DNA of 60,406 bases, filler included, from Basidiobolus ranarum (Eukaryota), in assembly GCA_040143965.1 (NCBI GenBank). It is 11 parts of 11 records of this genome, joined end to end, with 100 filler letters (N's around TTAATTAATTAA, not from the genome) between each part and the next. Parts side by side here need not be neighbours in the genome. Positions count along the whole stretch, not along the records: positions 22,064 to 27,470 come from JASJQH010001608.1; positions 27,571 to 32,970 come from JASJQH010001609.1; positions 33,071 to 38,461 come from JASJQH010001610.1; 8 more parts are not named here. One strand, written 5' to 3'. Positions 22,064-34,788 of this stretch are shown here, one piece after another. Made by a program: the position numbers and the translations under genes. Each line of letters opens with the position of its first letter. Within the stretch, counting starts at the first letter, position 1. The notes under the pieces were generated by a model. It saw only the letters and a program-made list of their open reading frames with translations, was not told the origin of the DNA and did no database searches.

Positions 22064-23125
22064 CATGGATTGGGTTTTGTTGCTGTTTTTTTGCTCAAAC
22101 AATGCAAAAACACATGAGCATTTTGAAAAAAGCCCTTTGTTGGAAGGTTAATAAACTCTGGAGGCTCCTTAACCCATTGCATTAGATCCATCACTGATTT
22201 TGCTGATACATTGTTAATGAAATTAGCATATGCTATTACTGACCCTTTCACATGGAGCATCATTTCATCACAGGTGCACTCCATTGGGAACTCCCAAAAT
22301 GTATAGCAAGGACCCCTAATCTCTATGTATTGTGATAGATGCAGTACAGAATGTATTGAATACTGGCGTAAATTCAGTCTGTTTTCTTTAAACCTGTAAC
22401 AAAGTTTTCCATATCCAATTACAATATCTTTGCATAATCACTGTATCCGCCAGAGGTCTGCAAATGTGAATTGATGCCATAAGTATATATCAACAATATC
22501 CACAAACTACTCCCAATGTTGCCAATACTTATCAGGCAGAAATCTTTTCAAGATTTCACTTGAATATATACAAATCCAATACTTTCAGTCTTTGCATCTG
22601 AATAAATGCCTAGATGAGTGGATATTGATAGGAGTCCTGGTAAAATATGATGGTGTCTTGATGTTGACAAGCATTTTCTAAATTGATTCAAACTCCAATC
22701 TTATCTGAAATGGCTCATTCAGATTGAATTTCCCACTAAATCGATGAGCAAGTAGTTCTGCAATGTTGTAGGATAGTAAGTACACAGTGCCAAATGGGAA
22801 GCTCTGGCTCCAGCTGATCCCCTTTAGCAATATGATTTTAGGCTTACAACAAATACCAAGTTTGATGTTAGACTGACTATTTGCTGAATTGATATACATG
22901 ATCATATTGAAATTTGACCAGGCTCTTGATGGTATGATCATGGAGTTTAGTTTTGTTTTTGGATAGAAGTAATGTGTATGCCTGATAGAGTAGACTCCAT
23001 TGACTGTACAAAATTTAGAGCATGATAGTGCATCATGCCTGCAAAAACCTCCAAGTTTGCAGGTGGCAGGAGTGACACCAATATATAAAACAGTATTTGC
23101 TTTAATAAAATATTCACCCATCTAG
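22064..23125 (-). mobile_element. CACTA/EnSpm (Tnp2-family) transposase remnant
   Basis: GVTPATCKLGGFCRHDALSCSKFC (~GD.PA..K...GH....C.FC); SFPFGTVYLLSYNI...FSGKF (~D.MHL..NI); IHSVLHLSQYIEIRGPCYTFWEFPMECTC (~H.L.HL...I...GP....W.FPMER). Confidence 0.75.
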
Positions 23126-23149
23126 ACCCCATAGGCTTGAATAATGATG

Positions 23150-26128
23150 CTGCTGATAGGAATTCAATCATCTGCAAGTATTGCAAGACACCAGGCCATT
23201 TAATCAAAGATTGCAAAAAAGAATATATGCTAAAAAGCCAAAACTGGAACAAACAAATCACTATGCACTGATAGGGATCATTTATTTCTGTCTTCTCTAT
23301 AAGTTACTACTCAAGGAGACTCAGAAATGTGGTACATTGAATCAAGAGCTTCCAAGCATGTATCAAACAAGAAAGCTTGGCTTTCCAGCTCAATACCCAT
23401 CCAAACAAGGAAAGTCTACTTTGGTGATGACTGAGAAGTAGATGCAGTTGATAAGGGCATAATAGTGTATGTTTGGACCAAAAATCAGCTACAACATCTG
23501 CTAAATTGGATGATGTACTCTAAGCACCAAATATAACCAAGCATGAACTCTCAATAAGCCAAGCAACAGCCCAAGGACAAAATTTCACAATCAGCAAGGC
23601 TGAATGCACTATCATATATCAGAAAAACACTAAATTAGCTACAGGGATCAAAACTCAAAATTTATAGAAACTAGAATCAACAAATTGCTTCCAGGCATGC
23701 AAATCTGACCAAAACCTATAATATAAACTTCCATACATAGCACAGAAGATTAGGCCATATTGGGGAACAATAACTGACCTAAATAATCCAAAATCAGCTT
23801 GGTTCAGGCCTACCAATTGAAAATATCACTAAATTGGTTTGCTGTGCAGGTTCTGTGTATGGAAACATCACAGACAGCTGCTTTCAAGCTCTGGAGAGAT
23901 CAAATCCACTCAGAATTTTGCCTTGATTCATTCTGACCTATGTAAGCACATGTATACTGTTGAAATTAGGTAAATAGCAACTCATTATCTAGTAGTTAGT
24001 TTCTTCATATTCTGATTATTTAGCACTCAATTCTGCCACTCAAAATGTGTGTTTATTGCTCTACTTGATTGAAATATCAAATAGCTCACTTTTACCATTT
24101 TTCACTATTCTCTCAAAACTTCTCTAAATCACCTCAAATTTTCACTCATGCTTAATTGCCATGTTTCTTATGATCTAAGCAAATCCAATGGTCATATCAC
24201 ATAGTAAACTTTCAATAGTACTTATTCAATTCAACAAAACTTAAGTGTTCAATTACCAAATCCACATCGTGTCCAAAACACTTCCAAATCCCCTAAGCAC
24301 TTTTATCAAAAATGTCTGACCAGGTGGAAGAGGCACTTTATGACCTTTATTGATAACAAAACAAGATACACTTGGGTTATCTTTCTCATATCAAAATATG
24401 TAGCCTTAGCTACATTCAAGTACTGCAAAGCAATGGTTGCAAAAGAATCAGCACAAAAAATAAGGGTATCAAGCAATAATAAAGGAGGAGTATGCTGCTA
24501 TAGAGACTTTGCTAGTTTTTGTTCTAAGCATGGAGTTAAGCAACAAACTACTATACCTCATACTCCATAGCAAAATAGAGTTGCAGAATAAGCTAATAGG
24601 ACCATAGTGGAGATGGCTCAATCAATCTTATATGATCAAAACTTAGATTACCAATGTTGGGCTGTATCTGCCTTGAGTGTATTCTATATCAATAACAAAT
24701 GCCCAAAAAGATTGCTACAAATATCTACACCATTTGAAGCCCTATCTGAATCAAACCCAAGTGTGGATCTTCTCATGATCTTTGGTTGCACATCATATTG
24801 CCTAATTCCAGCTCAAAAAGGCTTAGGCTGCTATTATTCCAGCTGTATCTGAGCTTTTTGAACTAAAATTCTGGTCCCAATTATATTGGAGGAAAAATCA
24901 GGACCCAGAAGATCATCCAGAAAAAGAAATAAGCTAGGGAACTGGTGGAAACTGCCACTGATGATATATATGCTTATGCGGCATTCTGTGCAAAGTTACA
25001 GACTCTAGATAAGCTCTGGAGTGTGCAGAATCAAAGTTACGGATCAAGCAGTGTCTGTTGAGTTTTCTACATTGCCAGATAATAAAATATGTGGTATCAG
25101 TCCTCTACCCAAATTCTGCTATCAATCCATGGTTGATTGTTCAATGTATATAATGGTTTGAACATGTCCAGACATTGCTGTGGCAGTGACTCCTTTTAGC
25201 CAATATCACAAAAATTCAGGATCAGAGCACAAAACTGCAATAAAACAGATCTTGAGATATTTGAGTGGCACTGTAGATCTAGTTCTGGAATACTCTGCCA
25301 CTCCTGATGCATAAAACTTGCAATGCTAAAGTGATGCACACCTGGGAAGAAACCTTGATATTCAAAGATGGATAATTGGGTACACTTTTTTCTATGGAAA
25401 TGAAGCCAAAACTTGGAATAGTAAGAAGCAACCAACCATAGCACTCCTCACTATAGAAACAGAGTATCTGGCTGCCTCTGCTACTACACCAGAAGGCATG
25501 TTGATAAGGAAATTATTTACATGCTATTATTGTTTTTGAAGATAATCAAAGTTGTTTTCTCAGATAAAAACCTAACATTTCATGCTAGAATGAAGCTGAT
25601 AGATTTTAGGCATCATTTTGTTAGAGAAGCAGTAGAGAATGATATAATTAAATTTTCTGTTGCCCTACTAAAGGAATGATTGCTGACATCTTAACCAAAC
25701 CTTTAGCTAGAGCACAGCTTGAATCATTAAGACCTAAGTTTGGTTTAAGAGACATTCAAAATAATTGGTTGAGTGGGAATGTTAAAATTATGTAAATGGC
25801 AACTTATTATTTAGTAGTTAGTTTATTCATATTCTGATTATTTGGCACTCAATTCTGCCATTCAAAAACATATTTGTTGCTTGAATTGATAGAAATATCA
25901 ATTAGATCACTTTTGCCAATTTTCACTATTTTCTCAAACTTCTCCAAATCACCTCAAATTTTCACACATGCTTACAGGCATGTTTGTTATAATCTAAGCA
26001 TGTCCAATAGTCCTAATCCTAGTCAACTATAAACTGGACATATTGAATGCAATAATACCTAAGTATCTGATTAGCAAATTCAACTTTTATCCAAAGTACT
26101 TCCAAATTACCTAAACAATGTGATCAAT
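23150..26128 (+). mobile_element. Degenerate, internally deleted Ty1/Copia with PPT and 3' LTR (family B, 25780-~26128)
   Basis: ICKYCKTPGHLIKDC knuckle, WYIE protease, LIHSDLC, TFIDNKTRYTWV...TIPHTP, RNase H (IDFRHHFVRE..MIADILTKPL), then purine tract GAGTGGGAA directly before TGTT. Confidence 0.9.
23958..24308 (+). repeat. Solo LTR family B nested in the integrase of a family-B element
   Basis: TGTTG...TATCA, homologous to 6993-7345 and 25780 onward. It splits HSDLC from the GG..FMTFID motif. No TSD retained. Confidence 0.85.
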
Positions 26129-26249
26129 TTTCTAATTGGGTGTATCACTCTTGATTTGGATTCCAAGGAAGTAACTTAATTAACCCATGATAGTTGTCTG
26201 AAATTGGTTTGGTAAGCTACTTCTTGGCTGTTGAAGAGCTTCTAGATCA

Positions 26250-27470
26250 TTTGTGGCTACAATATAGTTATCCCTATATGGTGCCTGGTTAGTGATCCTA
26301 ATTCCAACTGTATTGAAGTAAAAGCAGTGATCTGCTGTGCATTTTTGGAATTCTAGTTAACCCTGATAGACATTTCTTGTGTTGTTTTATGCCCTTGGTG
26401 TTTGTTTGAGTCCAGGTATCAATTTTTGCAGTTTACAGACCATGGCAGGATGTTCTAGATCAACAAATCCATATAGTTGCTCAATATAGCACTATTCTTC
26501 TAGATTTCCATTCAAAATGGCTGTGTACATCCATTGACATAAATCATAGTTATGGACAGCTCAGAGTGTAAGGATTGATATAATGGAGGAAAATGTAGCA
26601 ACAGGAGCAAAGGTTTCATTTAAATAAATTCCTAGATTCTGAGGAAATATTTTGCAACCAATCTTGCTTAGTATCTGTCTATGGTTCCATTGGCTAGGTT
26701 TTTGATATTGTAAATCAATTTGCAGCTTGTAGGCTTTCTTCTTGATGGTAGAGGCCTTAAAACCTGTGCTTTATTGTCCCACGGTAAAGAAACATATCAG
26801 ACATTGCTTTTTCCTACAAATTTGGTTCTTGACATTCCTGAACCTGATATAGAGTCTGTGGCTTGGAGCAGATTGCTAGATAAACATAGACACCATTGTT
26901 GGAAGAGTTCCACCTGTTCTCTGGCTTATTTCTCCTTCCAAATGATCTTCTAGGTTGTGAATCATCCTCTGATGTATTTAAGGGTGGATTTTGGGTTGAA
27001 TTGGGCTAGATATAGCCGGAATTTGTCAATACTTCCTCAATAGGTCTGATGGTGCTTTCCAGCTCAAGAACTCTGGTTCAAGATGAAAAGTATTTCTTTT
27101 CATCAAAAATCACATCTCTGCTCAAAATTAACTTCTGTTTTTTGGGAACAAACTGTGTGTTGGCCATAAATCCATTGCTGTAACTTGGAAATATGCATTT
27201 TCTGCAATTTGGTTCCAATTCAGAACAGTTTTGAGCTGGTATTGGGTAATATATTGTGCAACTAAAGATCCTGAGATGATCCACACTTGGTCATGATCCA
27301 TATAGGGCTTAAAATGGAGTAGACTTTTATAGCAATCTAGTTGGGCATCTGTTTTTGATAGAGACTGCAGTAGAAACAGATTCAAACTAATGTTGGCAAT
27401 CAAACTTTTAATCATGTAGCATTGCTCTTGCCATTCACACTATAGTCCTAATAGCATATACTCCAACTAC
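26250..27470 (-). mobile_element. Degenerate Copia integrase-end/RT fragment
   Basis: HLRIFSC..Y...KCIF.SYS...LILSRDVIFDE, plus RT remnants (Y*ARLVAK, ETFAPVA, MDVHTAILNG). Confidence 0.8.
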
Positions 27471-28487
27471 NNNNNNNNNNNNNNNNNNNNNNNNNNNNNN
27501 NNNNNNNNNNNNNNTTAATTAATTAANNNNNNNNNNNNNNNNNNNNNNNNNNNNNNNNNNNNNNNNNNNNTATCTTCAATCGCTACGATACAAGTGTCGA
27601 TTGCCAAGTATGTACAACAATTAGGCACCATGTTTCCTACATTTGTCGCAACAACGCCCCATTTTAAATTCTTTCATGAACCAACTTTGAGCTCCCGAGG
27701 CGAATTGGACGCTGCATAATCGTGATCCTCAAACATTCAAGAAACACTGCTCAGAGATGATTGGTAAAAACAGGGCATTTGGAGTACTTTCATACAGATC
27801 CAAGGTGTAGGCTATTTTGTTGCATGATGGCCCAGAAGAACACATTTCTCGCATGTAGGTTGATGTAGGGTTTACCTAGATTTAGTGTTCCCCATAAACG
27901 GGCTAGTTTAGACCTAGGTGTATCTTGTTTCTACTGCTTTGAACTATTGTGGTTACTGTTTGATCAACGGAGATTCGGGTTGCCACTTCCGGACCTTGTT
28001 GCACACGTATTCTAAGGGAAAAAACCATCCATTATCTTGTTCTAGATATCAATTATGGAATTGTGATTTTCTATGCGATGATTTCCACCCAAGCCTCACC
28101 CTGAATCCATACCCCCTCGCAACTAATCCAATATGTTCCTCTACAAATTGCCAATCTAAATACCATCACTGCTAGCTAGTACATGCCCAAATGGTTTCCC
28201 CCTGTTATTTTCCTTTTTTTACCATACATTCGAAAGTTCCTATCATATACGTACATATATATACTCTATCTTCATAGAGTCTTGGCTTTTCATACCTGGT
28301 TTTCTTTTACATTCCTGTTGTTTCTATATTCATTTGGCACCTTGTTGTGTATTTTTTGTATTTTCTGTATTTTCCTTACCGACCTTGTTTCGTAGACATC
28401 CCGTCAATACTTTCTCGATATCAGGGATATTCTTTGTCGCCTTTCAACAGGTTACCATATCAGACTGATTGCTTCTAGCGAGCCAGG

Positions 28488-30533
28488 ATGGCATTTTTAT
28501 CGCATTTGCTAGTTTTTTTATTAGGTGGAGTTTTTTTAGCCCCTATACTACTTGTGTCTGTTCTGTTGCTTTTATTTATATGGCTAAACGGTCTGCCTCA
28601 TTTTCCAAAACAACCGTCAAAATCGGAGTTTGAAGAAACTGAGAAATGTTTATTGGTGGATAAAGATGTTTTACAAGATAGTCGTGTAGGTTGGTTGCGG
28701 ATCACAACCACATTTAATCTGACCCCAAGAAATGCTCCTATCGATTTCTCCACCATATTGGCTTTGGGAATGAATAATTTGCTAGAGGGAAAACGAGGAA
28801 CAATCCGGGATTTATATTACGTCATTTTAAGTCGGGAGACCATGTGGCTATATCCAGATGAAAAACTACAAAAGTGTTTAGGCATTATAGATTTCGCCAA
28901 ATATACTGTCTCTATATATCCCAACTTCTTACCCGATAACGAGATATTCCATAAAGATTTACCTATACGGGTTAGAAAGCGAGGACTTACTACCGAGGAA
29001 GGGAACTTGCCTCCTAGATCCGAGTATTTTATTTTCGCAAAAACACCGGTAGAAAAAGAGGACTGGTTTCTCGCCTTTCTTAGAGCTTCCCGTACTAGGA
29101 AAAGTCGAAACGGAACGGAGATGGAAAAAAATGCTACCGATTTTGATCATGCTGCTATATATCAACTAATACGTACGGTTCACTCAGACGAGCATCATCT
29201 TCAAACGCAGTGGTTAAATGCCTTTCTTGGTAGAGTATTTTTGAGTATCTATAAAACTCAAGCCATAAAGGACTATTTTATTCGTAAAATTGTACTCAAA
29301 AGCTCCAAGGTTAAAAAGCCCTCATTTCTTGGTGATATTACTGTACGTGATCTCCATGTTGGTGATAGTATGCCCACCGTTACCAACCCGAAGCTTATTG
29401 ACCTGCAACCGAATGGCGAGATGACTGCTGAATTCTGTATTGATTATAGCGGAGGGTTTAGCGTTGAGGTTGAGACTGAGGCTACTATTTCAGTGACTGC
29501 AAGGCTAAAGCCACTCAAAGTTAACCTGGTATTAGCTGTTACCCTAAAGAAGCTCTCTGGGAGAATGCATTTAAAGGTAAAACCGCCACCGACTAATCGT
29601 TTCTGGTTGGGATTTTGCGAAGATCCCGATATGTCTCTCAACATTGAACCTATTGTTTCAGATAAGCAATTGAAATTTGGCATGGTTATTCAAGCTATTG
29701 AACGACGAATTCATGATATGGTTCATGAGGCATTGGTGCTACCCAACATGGATGACTATCCATTCTTCCCTTCACATGGTACAGGCGGTATATTTGATGA
29801 TGCTCCAGAGCCGGAACCGAAAGTATCCCATCAAGAATCTGGAAATCCCCTTGCGGAACCGATGATGGACACCACCTTCGAGAATGACAGGGAATCTGTC
29901 CAGAGTGTGGATGATTTGTGTCTAAACCGCGAAGAGTTTGGTATCTCCACAGAAGCATTGGACGATAAGGATGATATGAAAAGTATGGCATCTTCGAACG
30001 AATCAATGGATTTGAGTCCCAATTATATCATGAATTCCTACAACGACAGTAGTGACTCCTTGCTGGCACCTCCGAAGGTTCATCTTCATCAGGACAAGGA
30101 TAAAGAAAGAGACCAACTCCTCCCTCGAACCAGTTCTCTCTCGAATCTTAGGGAAAAAGGAGCAAAACACGTATCCAGTCGAGACTATGCCTCTTCACAA
30201 AAAACTGAGGTGAAACAGAAGCGGGAAAAATTAAGGAAAAAGAAATCCGATCCTACCAGTCCCAAGCACAATCCAATCGATAGACTTGAGGTTCCTAGCG
30301 ACAAGACGCGCAAAAAAAGGCTCTTACCGAACCTGTTTGGCACGTCCAACCCAAATGAACCGGCGGAAGTCAACACTAGTCCAAAAATCAATGGACATGA
30401 GGAATACAAGCACTCAGGCCATATCTTCAAAGGTCAAAGCAATGATGCTGCGAGTAAGACAATGACGAACCTTTCTTTCAAGCAAGCATCTTCACTCGAT
30501 GCTGCTCATGATTCGGACACGAAGTTTCTGTAA
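28488..30533 (+). CDS. NVJ2: Nvj2/TEX2-like ER contact-site lipid-transfer protein (TM + PH + SMP)
   Basis: N-terminal TM, PH-like region ending EKEDWFLAF, SMP domain WLNAFLGRVF...KPPPTNRFWLGF...LVLPNMDD, and a disordered tail. Confidence 0.88.
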   Translation: MAFLSHLLVFLLGGVFLAPILLVSVLLLLFIWLNGLPHFPKQPSKSEFEETEKCLLVDKDVLQDSRVGWLRITTTFNLTPRNAPIDFSTILALGMNNLLEGKRGTIRDLYYVILSRETMWLYPDEKLQKCLGIIDFAKYTVSIYPNFLPDNEIFHKDLPIRVRKRGLTTEEGNLPPRSEYFIFAKTPVEKEDWFLAFLRASRTRKSRNGTEMEKNATDFDHAAIYQLIRTVHSDEHHLQTQWLNAFLGRVFLSIYKTQAIKDYFIRKIVLKSSKVKKPSFLGDITVRDLHVGDSMPTVTNPKLIDLQPNGEMTAEFCIDYSGGFSVEVETEATISVTARLKPLKVNLVLAVTLKKLSGRMHLKVKPPPTNRFWLGFCEDPDMSLNIEPIVSDKQLKFGMVIQAIERRIHDMVHEALVLPNMDDYPFFPSHGTGGIFDDAPEPEPKVSHQESGNPLAEPMMDTTFENDRESVQSVDDLCLNREEFGISTEALDDKDDMKSMASSNESMDLSPNYIMNSYNDSSDSLLAPPKVHLHQDKDKERDQLLPRTSSLSNLREKGAKHVSSRDYASSQKTEVKQKREKLRKKKSDPTSPKHNPIDRLEVPSDKTRKKRLLPNLFGTSNPNEPAEVNTSPKINGHEEYKHSGHIFKGQSNDAASKTMTNLSFKQASSLDAAHDSDTKFL

Positions 30534-31398
30534 GCCATCATTTCAGATCAAAAGATAGAATTCATAGGTTCTCGTAAGCTTGTTATACACGAACGCCCTC
30601 TTTATATAGAACACATTCCACAACACGTCGGTGGTCTTAATGTCTTGAACTAGCTGTTTTCCCTATTGCACGTCATCCATATGGTGGCAACTGTTACTTT
30701 CCCACAATAGCCTTTTTTGACAAGTCCTATTTTTCACCCTTCAAAAGTTGAGTTGATTTGGTGAATCCAACTATGATTACACGGCCACGTACACACAGGG
30801 CTGATCAGATCACCTGTCCACCTAGCAACCATATATACTCTCGCAACACACACGAAGCCAGCCAGGAACCAAACTGAGATTAGATAAGTGTTTTCCCCAC
30901 AAGCCCTTTACTAATAAAATCCCGTAAAACAAATGCAGCAGGGACACTGCCCTATGAGCAGTGTGGGTCCTGGGTGTTCGCGAGTATGCTAGTGGTTTGA
31001 TGTGATAATGCATCTTTGCTATGCTAGGTGCATATTCCAGAAACACTCAATCAAATATATAGAAGCGAGATTGTTTGCCAAATAGTAGGGAAGAATCTCC
31101 AGTGTTAGGGTTAGGAGAGCTGAGACTAGTCCAGTCTTTCCCATTAAACGCTGTTGCAGATAATGTCCATGTAAACTCGAATCTAAAATTCCCGATTTCT
31201 GAGAATTCCCCGAATATTTTATCAACAACGGCAGGAATTCGTTGTCTCATCTGTGTCTTTAAAAATAGCCACTTACTAGTATAGACCAAAACAAAGCGTT
31301 GTTAATAAAAGCTGTTCTCCAACACGGATTATTCAGATTTTCAGTCTCAATTGGACTTTCAATTTGATAGCTACTTCTTCAATTAAATTATTTTCTAG

Positions 31399-32918
31399 AT
31401 GGCTGCTGATCCGTCCATTCGAACCGACAATACCTATTCTCTCATGGCCAGTGACTCTGCAAGCCATCTTCGACACCGTCCAGGTAAAAAATGTACGCCT
31501 GATACCAATGAAAAAATCCACACTGTTCCCAAGGCCAAGGTACTTCCTTATTTAAGCTTCTTTTGGGAGTATATTAATCTGAAGGTATTTCATAGACCAC
31601 GTCCAGATTCGGACTAACAAAAACAGACCAATATGCAGTAGCTATATTTACGATACTTGGTATCCTCACGCGCTTCTTTGTCATAGCTACACCTAACGAA
31701 GTTGTGTAAGTAGAATTGGACGTTTAATACCAATATCACACTCGCTAAAGTACATTTCTCGATTGTATTTAAAAGTTTCGACGAGGTACATTTCGGGAAA
31801 TTCGCCAGTTACTACATTCGGGGAGAGTATTATTTTGACGTACATCCTCCTTTGGGGAAAATGCTGCTCGCTCTAGCTGGCTGGTTATCTGGTTATGACG
31901 GGCATTTTCTATTTACCAAAATTGGATTGAATTATAATGATAATAATGTGTCTTATGTGCCAATCCGAACTTTTCCAGCAATTTTCGGATCGGCACTGGT
32001 GCCACTTTGTTACATGATCACTCGTGAGTTGGGTCTGTCTCCTCTTAGTGCAGTTGTAGCCGCTTCACTCGTACTGTTGGGTAAGGACATGTAACTGTCA
32101 GATTGTCGAAGGAAAACTAACTAAATATCGATAAATTCTCCATTTTCAGATAATTCATTGGTCGCGCAATCGCGTTTGATATTGTTGGATAGTTTTCTTC
32201 TCTTCTTCATGCTGATGGCAGTGTATTCCTACATCCGATTCCATAATCTGAGATATGAGGCTTTCTCGCGACAATGGTGGGGGTGGCTTGTTTCTACTGG
32301 AGTATTCTTGGGGTTAACAACCAGGTGAATTCACTTTGAATTGGAATCTAGCACATCAGCTTTTACTGATAATGAACTTTTGCAAAGCGTGAAACTGGTA
32401 GGGCTCTTTGTCATCGGACTAGTCGGTATTTTGGTTGTTGCTGATCTATGGCGTCTTTCTGATATCCGACGCGGACTTAGTATGGTAAGAGACATTTCAA
32501 CAAACGCAAATGGTAGTATTTGGAATCTAAATGCCTTTGTATTCAATCAAGAAATGTATCACCCAACACTTTGGCGCACGCGCATTATGTTTAATTTTGG
32601 TTCCCTGTGTGCTTTATCTGTCTTTCTTTTACATGCACTTTGGGCTGCTCTATAAGACTGGCCCTGGGGACAAACACATGAGTCCAGTATTTCAGATGAC
32701 ACTTCAAGGAAATCAAATCTTGACCGGTAGTTTCCGTACGTATATTGATTTGTATCAGTATCCACTTTATTGGAGTGAAAGCTAACCCGTCTCAATGCAT
32801 GAAGCAATACAATATGGTGATACTATAACCATATCGCACGTCAGCACCAAAGCATTTCTTCATTCTCATTCCCTCAAGTACCCAAAGAAATATGACAATG
32901 GTCGCATCAGTAGTGGAG
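31399..32918 (+). CDS. PMT4: Dolichyl-phosphate-mannose-protein mannosyltransferase, PMT4-like (multi-exon, 3' partial)
   Basis: VV/FDEVHFGKFASYYIRGEYYFDVHPPLGKML, GYDGHFLF..IG, QSRLILLDS, and MIR-domain start LHSH...YP..Y..GRISS. GT-AG introns. Confidence 0.85.
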
Positions 32919-33070
32919 GTAAACATCATGCCCACTAAGCCACTGAACCAACTATCTTTAACCTAAATTGNNNNNNNNNNNNNNNNNNNNNNNNNNNNNN
33001 NNNNNNNNNNNNNNTTAATTAATTAANNNNNNNNNNNNNNNNNNNNNNNNNNNNNNNNNNNNNNNNNNNN

Positions 33071-34096
33071 CTCAAAGAACTACACTCTATCTCAGCCTTT
33101 CTTGCTTCACATCCAAATCCTCTCACTCAAGAAGAATTAGAACCTTTATTTATAAGTATGGAGGACTTTAAGGAAGCCCTCACTAAAGTACAGCCATCTT
33201 CTAAGCGTGAAGGGTTTGCCACTGTTCCAGACGTTAGTTGGGATGATATTGGTGCTCTCCAAAGCGTTCGTGATGAACTACGAATGGCCGTAGTTGAACC
33301 AATAAAGCATCCCGAGTTTTTCCGCAAAGTAGGTATCCAAGCACCTGCCGGAGTACTTCTTTGGGGCCCACCAGGATGTGGTAAAACTCTTTTAGCAAAG
33401 GCAGTAGCACATGAGAGCCATGCTAATTTCATATCAGTCAAAGGACCTGAACTCTTAAACAAGTATGTTGGAGAAAGCGAACGTGCGGTGCGACAAGTGT
33501 TTGCACGTGCGCGAGCTTCGTCTCCTTGTGTTGTGTTTTTTGATGAGCTAGACGCGCTTTGTGCCCGACGTGATGATTCCCAGTCGGAAGCATCGGCTAG
33601 AGTAGTCAACACCTTGTTGACCGAAATGGATGGAGTTGAATCACGTAAACAAGTATTTATCATTGCCGCTACAAATCGTCCAGATATCATTGATCCAGCC
33701 ATATTGCGACCTGGTAGACTTGACAAGCTTTTATATGTCGATTTACCTACTACTGAGGAACGCTACGAGATACTCAAAACTTTATCTAAGAAGACCCCTC
33801 TACATCCAAATGTATCTTTAAATTCCATTGCTTGCCATCCAAAATGTGTAGGCCTTAGTGGGGCAGATCTTGCCTCACTTCTTCGAGAAGCGGCTGTGGC
33901 TACTTTAAGAGATAGCTTTTATGCTGCTGGCACCCTTAACCCCATCGAATCCGCTAACGATGTCAAAGTAACCGCTAGTCACTTTGATATTGCATTTTCC
34001 AAAGTTAGCCCCTCCGTATCGGCGAAAGACAAAAAGCAGTACGACTCGCTTCGTAAACGTTTTGGGAGTAATGGTTTGGCCTCCGCTAGCAAGTAA
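33071..34096 (+). CDS. RIX7: Rix7/NVL AAA ATPase, D2 domain (5' partial)
   Basis: VQPSSKREGFATVPDVSWDDIGAL, GVLLWGPPGCGKTLLAKAVAHES.ANFISVKGPELLNKYVGESERAVRQVF.RARAS. Confidence 0.92.
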   Translation, partial: LKELHSISAFLASHPNPLTQEELEPLFISMEDFKEALTKVQPSSKREGFATVPDVSWDDIGALQSVRDELRMAVVEPIKHPEFFRKVGIQAPAGVLLWGPPGCGKTLLAKAVAHESHANFISVKGPELLNKYVGESERAVRQVFARARASSPCVVFFDELDALCARRDDSQSEASARVVNTLLTEMDGVESRKQVFIIAATNRPDIIDPAILRPGRLDKLLYVDLPTTEERYEILKTLSKKTPLHPNVSLNSIACHPKCVGLSGADLASLLREAAVATLRDSFYAAGTLNPIESANDVKVTASHFDIAFSKVSPSVSAKDKKQYDSLRKRFGSNGLASASK

Positions 34097-34788
34097 CGCT
34101 GTGTTGATTTCATGACTTATATACCTTGTACAGTCAATATCGAATTTATGTTATACTATATGGTCTCTGTATGCTCTGTATTCTCTGTATACTTCGCTAC
34201 TATTGATCAAATAAAAAGTTGACGATGCATTTCCAAACATAGGTAAATGGCTAATCGACCAGAAGACCTGAAGCCAATCAGACAACACAACTGGGATTCG
34301 TGGGGAATGGATATCGGCTATTTGACACTTTATTATAGATATATAAATGATATATATATACTACAGCCCTAAACCATATCAGTATTTCCGAATAACATCG
34401 AGACTTAATTAAGGTCTAAACATATATATGAATTGCTTAACCTGTCCCAATATTTCATCTCGAACTGTAATATGAACCCAGAAAAAAGTTCACGCCCGCA
34501 GCCAGTAACCGATCAGTACAAAAGCACATGTCAATTTGTTAGATAGATATACGTTGCTAAGGAATTTATACTTTCTCAATATAGTATATACTTTATATCT
34601 TTTGCTCCCAAGAAATCTGTTGTGTTCAGTTTACACTAACTACAGATATTTCTTTCACTGCAAAGCCTGAATCTCATTTTTGTGCTTTTAAGTAATAGAG
34701 TAGTCCGGGTATTCTTAGTAAAAGTCTATATCTTTATCAAAGATTTGTCGACTAGTTTAGAATTCTTTGATTTCCATACTCAAATAAC

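Noticed and set aside
33071-34096. CDC48 as an alternative call
   Set aside because: KREGFATVPDV and ELLNKYVGESERAVR are Rix7/NVL-type, not the Cdc48 ELLTMWFGESE.
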